A stretch of 64,000 nucleotides of DNA, from contig CAWGIW010000004.1 of the NCBI GenBank assembly GCA_963822825.1, positions 73,872-137,871 of the forward strand, read 5' to 3'. This stretch comes from an uncultured Actinomycetes bacterium (GTDB lineage: Bacteria; Actinomycetota; Actinomycetes; Streptosporangiales; Streptosporangiaceae). This document shows positions 19,382 through 27,497 of the stretch, piece after piece. The position numbers and the translations under genes were made by a program. The notes under the pieces were generated by a model, which was not told the origin of the DNA, searched no databases, and saw only the letters and a list, made by a program, of their open reading frames with translations. Position 1 is the stretch's first letter; each line of letters starts with the position of its first letter.

Positions 19382-19707
19382 TTCGAGGCCGCCGGATCGG
19401 TACCAGTGCGGCTCCGCAGGATCCCGCTGAGGTGCGCGATGACCGTCTTTTCGGCCTTCGCATAGGTCGCGGCCGACCGGGTGAGGCGGCTCGCGACCTG
19501 CTTGGCGTCGTTCGTCAGATGCTCGACGCCGATCTCCCACCGACCGCAGAAATCGGACACGGTGCCGGCCAGGGCATCGTCTCCGTAATCCGCCTCCGAA
19601 CTCCCGATGTCGCTGACCTTATTATTCTGAAGATCGCTCATCGCCCCGTTGACGCCCGCCGACGCCTGTACTAAGGCACCGAGGTCCACCTCGAACCCAT
19701 CGGACAT
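19375..19707 (-). CDS. EspC/WXG100-like small helical protein (type VII secretion associated)
   Basis: 110 aa: MSDGFEVDLGALVQASAGVNGAMSDLQNNKVSDI...FCGRWEIGVEHLTNDAKQVASRLTRSAATYAKAEK. A GGGGAGA RBS is present. This is the first gene of the toxin operon. Confidence 0.6.
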   Translation of the reverse strand: MSDGFEVDLGALVQASAGVNGAMSDLQNNKVSDIGSSEADYGDDALAGTVSDFCGRWEIGVEHLTNDAKQVASRLTRSAATYAKAEKTVIAHLSGILRSRTGTDPAASKW

Positions 19708-19828
19708 CTCGTCTCCCCACGTCTATGGACGCCCGTGCGCCAATCGTGCCCGCCCCGAACACCCCCGTGCACGGCAGCCGACACGCCCTTCTACGCTAAC
19801 CAATTGCTCGAAGCCGGACAATTAGTTC

Positions 19829-19950
19829 GGCACACCCCGGCCTTGCCCCCGGCACACCCCGGCCTTGCCCCCGGCGCACACCGGCCTTGCGCGTGCGCTC
19901 ACTTGCCTTGCCCCCGGCGCACACCGGCTTGCCCGGCGCACACCGGCCTA
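19829..19950. repeat. 22-bp tandem repeat (GGCACACCCCGGCCTTGCCCCC x2 perfect plus ~3 degenerate copies) in a divergent intergenic region
   Basis: The perfect copies are at 19829-19850 and 19851-19872. Degenerate ggcgcacaccggc(c)ttgcc units follow. Confidence 0.85.
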
Positions 19951-20097
19951 CCTCGGGCCCCGGCGGTTCACTGCTCCCGATCTGGGATTCAGGCGCCTGC
20001 CCGAAGCGTGAGCGCCGGGCACCCGACCGCGATGAGCTGGACCGGCAAGACGCCCGTTAGGCCGTCAAGATGTCCGGGCTCCTCTACCATCGGGCGC

Positions 20098-21408
20098 ATG
20101 TCGCCTGTGTCCCGTGGCCGCAAGGCTAAGTCCAAGACCAAAACCAAGAAGCGTGCCTCCGGACCCCCCAGCTCGGCCCGCCTCGACCCCAGTGACCTGC
20201 TGGTTAGGGCCAGGCTGTCGGCCTTCGAGGGGACGCAATCTCTGATGGGGCCGCCGGAGCGACCAGGGTGGTTCGATGCGTCGATCAAGAATGTCCTCGA
20301 TCAGGCCGGCGTCGTCATGGCCGCGCACGGGCCGCGGGAACTTGAACAGGCGGCAGCGGAGCTGGTCGGTGCCGAGCTGTACCGCACCGTCCATGACGAG
20401 CGCCACGGGGTGTGGTTCGACTGGCTGTTTGAGGAACTCGCGGACGCCGCGGCGGGCAGGGTCAAAGAAGAAGCCGACCGCCAGGATGAGGCGTGGCAGG
20501 CGCCATGGCGGCTGCTGTACGGTCTGACCTCAATCGGCTCACCCCCGCTGCGGTCTAGCGCGCAGCGCGCCTTGACGGAGGCCCGGAAAGGGCTGCCCGC
20601 CGGTGCGGCGAAGCAGCCGGACTGGCTACGGCTGCTCCCGAAGATCGCCGCGACCGGCCAGGTGTTCGAGATGCACGATGCGTATGGCACCCGCTTCGCG
20701 GTGATCGCGGGCTTCTGCTACCCAGGCGGCACCGACCCGTCGGTGTTCTTGTTCGACATCGACGCTTGCGGGTTCGTCCGCCTGGCCCGCGCCGGTGTGT
20801 TCGACGACGTCGAGCAGGCGGCCACCGCGTGGCGGGCGCAACTGGGCGGGGGCGCCCGCGGCGCCCGCCCCAGCCCGGTAGAGACGGCCGAACGCCTGTA
20901 CTGCCTCGTTCACCTGGATGAGGAGGAAGGCCTTCTCGACGGTTCCGAGCCGCGGGCGGTGATGGACAACTGGTTCCGGGCGAACCGGCGCTCGCAGGAT
21001 CTGGCGGACTCACTTCGCAAACGGGGGATGCCGCTGCCCGAGGCGAAGTCGCTCTACGACGACATCGACACGGTGCCGACCGAGGAGGCGTTCGCTAGCT
21101 GGTACCTGGGGCGGCACGGCCGCCCGCCGGATCTCGATGCGGTCGGTGCCTTGGCCGAAGAATGGCTGGAGGGGGCACTGCCCGGCACCTGGCATGCCGC
21201 GTCGCCGCACCGGGCCCGCTTCCAGCTGAACTTGATCAGCGACTGGATCCCAGGCCGGGTCACCGTGGGCGCCAAGGCGCTATTGCCGGAATGGGTTCGG
21301 TGGAACGGCGAGCAGTCCGGCCTCTCCGGGCCTCTCCTCGACGACGCGGTCGCGGCCGCCAGCGGGGATCCTCAGCCGTCGGGAGATTGCGCTGAAGCCA
21401 TCTCCTGA
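20098..21408 (+). CDS. hypothetical protein (437 aa) with Lys/Arg-rich N-terminus
   Basis: An in-frame ATG at 20098 gives MSPVSRGRKAKSKTKTKKRASGPP.... The body has normal, non-low-complexity composition. Upstream ORF sequence overlaps the tandem repeats and is unlikely to be coding. I recognise no motif. Confidence 0.55.
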   Translation: MSPVSRGRKAKSKTKTKKRASGPPSSARLDPSDLLVRARLSAFEGTQSLMGPPERPGWFDASIKNVLDQAGVVMAAHGPRELEQAAAELVGAELYRTVHDERHGVWFDWLFEELADAAAGRVKEEADRQDEAWQAPWRLLYGLTSIGSPPLRSSAQRALTEARKGLPAGAAKQPDWLRLLPKIAATGQVFEMHDAYGTRFAVIAGFCYPGGTDPSVFLFDIDACGFVRLARAGVFDDVEQAATAWRAQLGGGARGARPSPVETAERLYCLVHLDEEEGLLDGSEPRAVMDNWFRANRRSQDLADSLRKRGMPLPEAKSLYDDIDTVPTEEAFASWYLGRHGRPPDLDAVGALAEEWLEGALPGTWHAASPHRARFQLNLISDWIPGRVTVGAKALLPEWVRWNGEQSGLSGPLLDDAVAAASGDPQPSGDCAEAIS

Positions 21409-21459
21409 TCGGGCCACGAAACCGCCGCGCCGATGCCAGTCGCCGTGCGAATTAGCTGG

Positions 21460-22242
21460 TCATTCCCGGTCAGGCCGCTTCCAAGCAGCTTGGTCCCGGC
21501 GGGGACAGCCCCGGCCCGTCCAAGGGCAGATCTCAGGGTCGTAGTCATGGCCTGAGAGATCGCCCAGGAACTTGGCGTTGTCGCCGAAATCTCTATTGAT
21601 CCAGCGGGCAACCACGAGCACGGAGACGCGTTCCGCTCCCGTCTTATGCAACGAAAGGACGGCCGACCGCGCACGGCCTCCCCCGACCCAGGTGTCATCG
21701 ATGAGCAGTACATGGGAACCCGCCGGTAAGCGGGCATTCGCGCTGAAATGCTGCGGGTTGACGTCCCGGGGGAAGGGGGCTCTGGCCGCCGCCACCAGGG
21801 TGACCTCGGGCCTGATTACTAAGTGGGCGACGATCTCATGGAGGGGGTGCTCTCCTGGCTTGGCCGGCAGCGATGGCACCGTCGCCCAGTGAGTGACGGG
21901 GGCACCGGCGAGCGCACCCGGGCAGCCGACGTGCCTCGACAGCGCGAGAAGGACGAGCAGGGTCACGATGGTGCGGTGCTCAGCCAGAGGTGGCCGCGCC
22001 TTATAGCCGCGCATCACGTAGCCCGACTGCTGGCCCGCGACCGCGTAGGTCAGGAACGCGACGGGACCAGCCAGGTCGCCGCGGCGGCAATGTTCGCATT
22101 GGTAGCAGCGCTCATAGCCAGCGACCGGCGTCGCGCAGACGGCGCACGTCACGCCGCCACGCCGGACCGGATTCCGGAGGTAGCCGCCTGCCCTGGACAC
22201 CAGGGCAGCGCTCAGCCTCGCGATTGCCTCCTGGTCGGGCAT
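21460..22242 (-). CDS. ComF-family phosphoribosyltransferase-like protein (Zn-ribbon + PRTase)
   Basis: 4-Cys ribbon CAVCATPVAGYERCYQCEHC and PRPP loop HVLLIDDTWVGGGRARS. The start lies 2 nt after the DprA-like stop. Confidence 0.75.
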   Translation of the reverse strand: MPDQEAIARLSAALVSRAGGYLRNPVRRGGVTCAVCATPVAGYERCYQCEHCRRGDLAGPVAFLTYAVAGQQSGYVMRGYKARPPLAEHRTIVTLLVLLALSRHVGCPGALAGAPVTHWATVPSLPAKPGEHPLHEIVAHLVIRPEVTLVAAARAPFPRDVNPQHFSANARLPAGSHVLLIDDTWVGGGRARSAVLSLHKTGAERVSVLVVARWINRDFGDNAKFLGDLSGHDYDPEICPWTGRGCPRRDQAAWKRPDRE

Positions 22243-22244
22243 GC

Positions 22245-23192
22245 CTACGCCGACGTCAGGCGACGTAGCTCGGCACCGACGAATTCGCGTTCGGCGATCA
22301 ACTGATCGACGACGTCCAGGACCGAGTGGAGGCCGCTGGCCACGTGAACGCCGGGGCGGCTGACGAGAGCGCGAGCCCAGTCATTGCGCTCCACCACCAG
22401 GTCCGTAAGGATCACCGGCCGGCCGTGCTCGACCGCCAGTCGCGCCTGGACACGGGCGCCGCTGTGCTCGCCCGCCTCGACCACGATGGTGGCCAGTCCG
22501 TACCCGGACATCGTGGCGTTGCGCATCGGGAAGTTGTGCTTCTGGGGCGGCGCGTCCGGCCAGAACTGGGAAAGCAGGAGGCCGCGAGCGGCGATTTCCT
22601 CCTGCAGGTCCCGGTTCTCCGGCGGATAGGACCTGTTGATGCCGGTTCCGATGATGGCGACGGTGCGCCCCCCGGCGGCCAGGGCCGCGCGATGGGCCGC
22701 CGCGTCGATGCCCAGCGCCAGCCCGGCGACCACCGTCACCGCGCGGGCGGCAAGTTCGCGGGCCACACCGCCGGCGATGGCCAGACCCCGGGCCGATGCC
22801 TTCCGTGAACCCACGACGGATACCGCGGAATCCTCCCTCAGGAGGGCTCCGCGGGCGAAGAGGACGGGCGGTGCCTGATGAATCCCGCGGAGCCGGGCCG
22901 GGTAGTCCATGTCGAGGATGGTCACGAGCGTCCAGCCCTGCTGCGCCCAGGCATCAATCTCATGAGCCGCCGCATCGAGGGGGCCGGGCTCGCCCGCAGG
23001 ATTCATCAGCACCGCGGGCACCGTCCGGTGCCAAAGCGCCAGGGCACTCCCGGCCTCGAGGACGTCGGCGGTAATCTCAGCCCAGCGCATACCCGCCGGC
23101 CGCGCCCGGAGAAGAGCGACGAGCGCCGCTTGCTCCCGCCGCGCGCTCGCGTCCATGGTGCCAGAGTACGAGGAAGGCCCCTTCTCCTGCAT
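22245..23192 (-). CDS. DprA/Smf-like (SLOG superfamily) DNA-processing protein homolog
   Basis: VSVVGSRKASARGL, VVAGLALGIDAAAHRAAL, AIIGTGINRSYPPENRDL, LLSQFWPDAPPQKHNFPMRNATMSG. The ATG at 23192 is preceded by GAGGTGG. Confidence 0.8.
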   Translation of the reverse strand: MQEKGPSSYSGTMDASARREQAALVALLRARPAGMRWAEITADVLEAGSALALWHRTVPAVLMNPAGEPGPLDAAAHEIDAWAQQGWTLVTILDMDYPARLRGIHQAPPVLFARGALLREDSAVSVVGSRKASARGLAIAGGVARELAARAVTVVAGLALGIDAAAHRAALAAGGRTVAIIGTGINRSYPPENRDLQEEIAARGLLLSQFWPDAPPQKHNFPMRNATMSGYGLATIVVEAGEHSGARVQARLAVEHGRPVILTDLVVERNDWARALVSRPGVHVASGLHSVLDVVDQLIAEREFVGAELRRLTSA

Positions 23193-23304
23193 GCCACCAC
23201 CTCGAAGCGTCAACACGCACCCCGGCCGAACACACGTCGGCTGAACACGTTGACTGAACACACGTTCGGCCATCTCATCGTAATCCGACCGCAGGAGGAA
23301 CGGG

Positions 23305-24858
23305 ATGAACGGCGCGCAGGCACTGATCCGCACGCTGGCCGGGTGCGGCGTGGAGGTGTGCTTCAGCAACCCGGGTACCTCGGAGATGCACTTCGTCGCG
23401 GCGCTGGACACCGTCCCGCAGATGCGCGGTGTGCTGTGCCTGTTCGAGGGGGTGGCGACCGGTGCGGCGGACGGGTACGGCCGGATGACGGGGCGGCCGG
23501 CCGCGGCGCTGCTGCACCTGGGACCGGGGCTGGCGAATGGCCTGGCCAACCTGCACAACGCGAGGCGGGCCCGCACTCCCCTGCTGGCCGTCATTGGTGA
23601 TCACGCCACGTATCACAAGCGGTTCGACGCACCGCTGGAGTCGGATATCGACGCCCTGACCGGATCGGTCTCGGCCTGGACCCGCCGCCCGGCGCGCAGC
23701 GAGGACCTGGCCGCGGACGCCGCGGAGGCGGTCGCCGCGGCGATGAGACCGCCCGGCGGGATAGCCACCCTCATCCTGCCGGCCGACGTGTCCTGGTCCG
23801 AGGGCGCCGAACCAGCGCCCCCGCTTCCCGTCCGCGCACCCGCACCCGTCCCCGAGGACGTGGTCGGCTCGGCCGCGATGGCGCTGCGCAGCGGCGAGCC
23901 GTCGGTGATCCTGCTCGGCGGGGCCGGGGTGCGGCGCCCCGGCCTGGAGGCCGCCAGCCGGATCGCCCAGGCCACCGGCGCCCGGCTGCTGGGCGAGACC
24001 TTCCCGGCCCGGCTCGAGCGCGGCGCGGGCATCCCGGCCCTCGAACGGCTGGCCTACCTGGCCGAATTCGCGACCCAGCAACTCGCCGGGGCGCGGCACC
24101 TGATCCTGGCCGGTGCCCGCGCACCGGTCTCCTTCTTCGCCTACCCGGGCCAGCCCAGCTTCCTCGTGCCCGCCAACTGCCAGGTCCATGTCCTGGCCGA
24201 GGCGGGAGACGACGTGCCCGGGGCGCTCGCCTTGCTCGCCCACCTCATTGCCTCCAACGACAAGCCGTTGCCGCAACCGCCGCAGCGCCCCGCGCTGCCG
24301 GATGGTGATCTCACCGGGGAGACCGCCGCTGCCGTCATCGGCGCGCTGCTGCCGGAGGGCGCCATCGTCTCCGACGAGGCCAACACGTCCGGGTTCTGGC
24401 TGCCCGGAGCCACCGCGGGCGCGCCCCCGCACGACTGGCTCACCCTGACTGGAGGTGCGATCGGCCAGGGGCTGCCGCTGGCCACGGGGGCCGCCGTCGC
24501 CTGCCCGGAGCGCAGCGTCCTCGCTCTGGAGGCGGACGGCAGCGCCATGTACACCATCTCCGCGCTGTGGACCCACGCGAGGGAGCAACTGGACATCACC
24601 ACGATCATCTTCAGCAACCGCTCCTACGCCATCCTCAGCATGGAGTTGGCGCGGGTCGGCGCGGCAGCGACCGGGGAGGCGGCCCGCAGCCTGCTCGACC
24701 TGTCCCGGCCCACCCTCGACTTCACCGCCCTGGCCAGCGGCATGGGTGTCCCAGCCAGCCGGGCCGCCGTGGCCGCGGAATTCGCCACGCAACTGCGGCG
24801 GGCGCTCACGGAGCCCGGGCCACACCTGATCGAGGCCGTCCTGGCTCCGTCCGCATAG
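23305..24858 (+). CDS. thiamine diphosphate-dependent enzyme (acetolactate synthase large subunit-like)
   Basis: MNGAQALIRTLAGCGVEVCFSNPGTSEMHFVAAL...GYGRMTGRPAAALLHLGPGLANGLANLHNA; C-terminal GAIGQGLP...EADGSAMYT...IFSN. Confidence 0.85.
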   Translation: MNGAQALIRTLAGCGVEVCFSNPGTSEMHFVAALDTVPQMRGVLCLFEGVATGAADGYGRMTGRPAAALLHLGPGLANGLANLHNARRARTPLLAVIGDHATYHKRFDAPLESDIDALTGSVSAWTRRPARSEDLAADAAEAVAAAMRPPGGIATLILPADVSWSEGAEPAPPLPVRAPAPVPEDVVGSAAMALRSGEPSVILLGGAGVRRPGLEAASRIAQATGARLLGETFPARLERGAGIPALERLAYLAEFATQQLAGARHLILAGARAPVSFFAYPGQPSFLVPANCQVHVLAEAGDDVPGALALLAHLIASNDKPLPQPPQRPALPDGDLTGETAAAVIGALLPEGAIVSDEANTSGFWLPGATAGAPPHDWLTLTGGAIGQGLPLATGAAVACPERSVLALEADGSAMYTISALWTHAREQLDITTIIFSNRSYAILSMELARVGAAATGEAARSLLDLSRPTLDFTALASGMGVPASRAAVAAEFATQLRRALTEPGPHLIEAVLAPSA

Positions 24859-24946
24859 CGGAAGGGTTCGCACCGTAGTGGGAGACTACGGCGCGAACCA
24901 CATCCTCACCAGGCCCGGGGACCGCCACCCGGACCCGGCGAGGTCC

Positions 24947-26152
24947 TCAGGCCGCGGGGCCGGCGGTGACAGCCACGGTGGCGGTATGCGCCTGGCCGAA
25001 CCCGTCCGTCCAGCCAATGCTGATCTGGTCGCCGGGGTGGTAGTTCCCCAGCACCGACTCGATGTCCGAGGAGGACGTGATGGTGTGGCCAGCGACCGAG
25101 GTGATCTGGTCGCCCGCGGTCAGGCCGGCCTGAGCGACCGCTGACCCGGGCACCACCCCGGCGATCTCGACGCCGGAGCTACCGCCGAAGCCACCGTAGC
25201 CACCGTAGTTGCCGGTGCTAGAGGAGGTCTCCACGCCGAGGAACGCGGTCTCGCCCAGGTGTGTGGTGGACGACGCCGTGCCTGCCTCGATCTGGCTGGC
25301 GATCGAGGATGCTTCGCTGATCGGGATGGCAAACGCCTGGGTCTGGGTTTGCGTTGACCCGGACTGCGACTGGTAGCCAGTCGTGGAGGGGGAGGTAGAG
25401 GCGGCGGTGTCCATGCCGATGACTTCCCCGGAGGTGTTGACCAGCGGCCCGCCAGAATCGCCCGGCTGGATGCCGGCGTTGGTCTCGACGAGCCCGGTCA
25501 ACTGCTCAGCGTTTCCCGCCGACTCATCGGAGGCGGTGATCGTCTGGCCGGTTCCGGTCACGGTCCCGGTGGCTACGGACGGGGTGCCGCCCTTGCCGCC
25601 GGCGTTGCCCAGCGCGACCACTTTCTGGCCGGTCTGGGCGCTGGAGGAGCTGAGGGTTACTGTGCTGAGCCCGGAGGCGCCCTCAAGCTGCAGCACCGCG
25701 ATGTCTTTGGTCTTGTTGTAGCCGACGACCTTGGCGGTATAGGTGCGCCCGTTGCCGACGTCGGTGGCCTTGATCGAGGTCGCGCCGTCGATGACGTGGT
25801 TGTTGGTGAGCACCTCTCCGGTGGAGGTCAGCACCATTCCGGTGCCCGCCGCCGTGCCGTTCTGGTACCCCAGCGTGGACACGACATCGACCAGGCCCGG
25901 GTCGACCTTCGACGCGATCTGCGACGTGGTCAACACGGTGGCGCCCATCGCGTCGGCCGCACCCAGCCCGGCGAACGCCAGCGCGGCTACCGCGGCGACC
26001 GACGCGCCGGCCAGCAGGGCGTGGCGGCGCCGCGACGGCTTGTGCGGCTCGTACCCGCCTGGGCCGCCTGGGCCTTCGGGCCCAGCCCACAGCCCGTCGC
26101 GCGCATCCTGCCCCGGATTGTTCGAGACCGGCGGCTCGTAGACCGTGCTCAT
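24947..26152 (-). CDS. membrane-anchored trypsin-like serine protease with PDZ domain (S1C/HtrA-like)
   Basis: The triad context is TNNHVI, DIAVLQL and GDSGGPL. The C-terminal PDZ-like region is GVEIAGVVPGSAVAQAGLTAGDQITSVAG. Confidence 0.85.
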   Translation of the reverse strand: MSTVYEPPVSNNPGQDARDGLWAGPEGPGGPGGYEPHKPSRRRHALLAGASVAAVAALAFAGLGAADAMGATVLTTSQIASKVDPGLVDVVSTLGYQNGTAAGTGMVLTSTGEVLTNNHVIDGATSIKATDVGNGRTYTAKVVGYNKTKDIAVLQLEGASGLSTVTLSSSSAQTGQKVVALGNAGGKGGTPSVATGTVTGTGQTITASDESAGNAEQLTGLVETNAGIQPGDSGGPLVNTSGEVIGMDTAASTSPSTTGYQSQSGSTQTQTQAFAIPISEASSIASQIEAGTASSTTHLGETAFLGVETSSSTGNYGGYGGFGGSSGVEIAGVVPGSAVAQAGLTAGDQITSVAGHTITSSSDIESVLGNYHPGDQISIGWTDGFGQAHTATVAVTAGPAA

Positions 26153-26423
26153 CTGGGATCAACTCCTCCATTACGTGGTCACGCTGTTCGCGTCACTACC
26201 GATAGTCAGGTGCCAACCTGGAGGAATCCTTCGGCTGCCCTAGACGCTCGCTGACCCTTTCCTGAAGATTCGCTGACCATCATGGCTGACGCCCGGCCGC
26301 AGGCCTGGGCCGTTGCCGGTGCAGGCCACGTCATGGTGGGCCGGGAATGGTGAAGGAAAATCGTTGCGGAATTTAAAGGCCTGCCAGCGGCACACCGGCA
26401 CGCTCGGAGCGCGTCCTGGCGCC

Positions 26424-27236
26424 TTACGGCTTCTGGCCCACCCCGACGAGCGCCCAGAAGTTCCCTGGGTCGTCGGGCACGTCGTCTGGCGAGCCCGGCC
26501 GCCACAGCGGCATATTGACAAGTCCGGGGTCCACGAGCTCGAATCCGTCGAAGAAACGCAGGATCGCCGCGCGCGAACGCACGTGCGCCTGGGTCGACAC
26601 GCTGCGGTTGTACATCTTCTCGGCCGCCTGTACGACCGTGGGCCTGCTCTCATCCGTGGCGTGGCACAGCACGAGATAGCTGCCCGGCGCGAGCGCATCG
26701 CGCAGCGTCGCCACGATCCGCCACGGATCCTCGGCGTCACTGATAAAGGGCAGGACCGAGACGAGGAGCAGCCCGGCCGGGCGGCCGAGGTCGATAAGCC
26801 GCGCGATTGTGTCGTCGGCCAGGATCTTCTCTGGTTCGCGCAGGTCCGCGGCGATGATCGCGGCGTTCTCGCTGCCCGCGAGGATGGCCTTGCTGTGCGC
26901 GATCGCGACCGGGTCGATTTCGACGTAGGCCACCCGGGCGCCGGGATCGGCCTGCTGGGCGACCTCGTGCACGTTCCCCTCGGTGGGTATGCCGGAGCCG
27001 ATGTCGATGAACTGCCCGATGCCGACCCCGGCCAGGAAACGCACCGCCCGGCCGAGAAACTCGCGGTTGGCGCGGGCCATCATCCGGACGTTGGGATCGA
27101 CCGCGGCGATCGCCCGGCCCACATCCTGGTCGGCCAGGAAGTTGTGGCTGCCGCCCAGCAGGTAGTCGTAGACCCGGGCGGCGTTCGCCCGCTTGGTATC
27201 AACTCCCGGCGGTACCCAGCTCAGCTCGTCAGCCAT
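26424..27236 (-). CDS. SAM-dependent methyltransferase (DUF574/Methyltransf_19 family)
   Basis: MADELSWVPPGVDTKRANAARVYDYLLGGSHNFLADQD...FIDIGSGIPT. A GGAGG sits upstream of the ATG at 27236. Confidence 0.85.
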   Translation of the reverse strand: MADELSWVPPGVDTKRANAARVYDYLLGGSHNFLADQDVGRAIAAVDPNVRMMARANREFLGRAVRFLAGVGIGQFIDIGSGIPTEGNVHEVAQQADPGARVAYVEIDPVAIAHSKAILAGSENAAIIAADLREPEKILADDTIARLIDLGRPAGLLLVSVLPFISDAEDPWRIVATLRDALAPGSYLVLCHATDESRPTVVQAAEKMYNRSVSTQAHVRSRAAILRFFDGFELVDPGLVNMPLWRPGSPDDVPDDPGNFWALVGVGQKP

Positions 27237-27285
27237 CACGCCTCCAGTCCGGACGTGTGCGTCCCCGATATGTGCGCGGGTCTCC

Positions 27286-27400
27286 AGTCCGCTGGCTCGC
27301 GGCGCCGTCCGCGGGCTCGCGGCGCACCCGCAGGCTCGCGGTGTCCGCTGGCTCGCGGCGCACCCGCGGGCTCGCGCGCGGCTCGCGCGCGCCCGCGGGC
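27286..27400. repeat. 18-20-bp degenerate tandem repeat (CCGCNGGCTCGCGGCGC-like, ~6 copies) in a divergent promoter region
   Basis: gtccgctggctcgcggcgc / cgtccgcgggctcgcggcgc / acccgcaggctcgcggtg / tccgctggctcgcggcgc / acccgcgggctcgcgcgc ... Confidence 0.8.
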
Positions 27401-27497
27401 AGCTTCTGTATAAGCCATCCGCGGGCAGGCTCCCCGGAAACCGATTTTTTAGTGCCTCACGCCAGGCCCATCCGGCGCACATGATGCGATACATTTC

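Noticed and set aside
2508-19707. A complete ESX/type VII secretion locus, suggested by the mycosin-like protease plus the WXG/EspC-like gene and the toxin.
   Set aside because: No EccB, EccC (FtsK-like ATPase), EccD or EccE homologs occur anywhere in the 64 kb. The two elements are 13 kb apart and separated by unrelated genes.
23275-24873. Long antisense or alternative-frame ORFs: 23275..24873(-), 62167..63924(-), 33781..35610(+), 42292..43275(-), 31335..32681(+), 31474..32952(-), 5547..6605(-), 49469..50929(-), 39953..40942(-).
   Set aside because: They are Arg/Gly/Pro/Ala-rich products typical of stop-poor frames in ~70% GC DNA. Each is fully overlapped by an ORF with clear family motifs on the other strand or in another frame.
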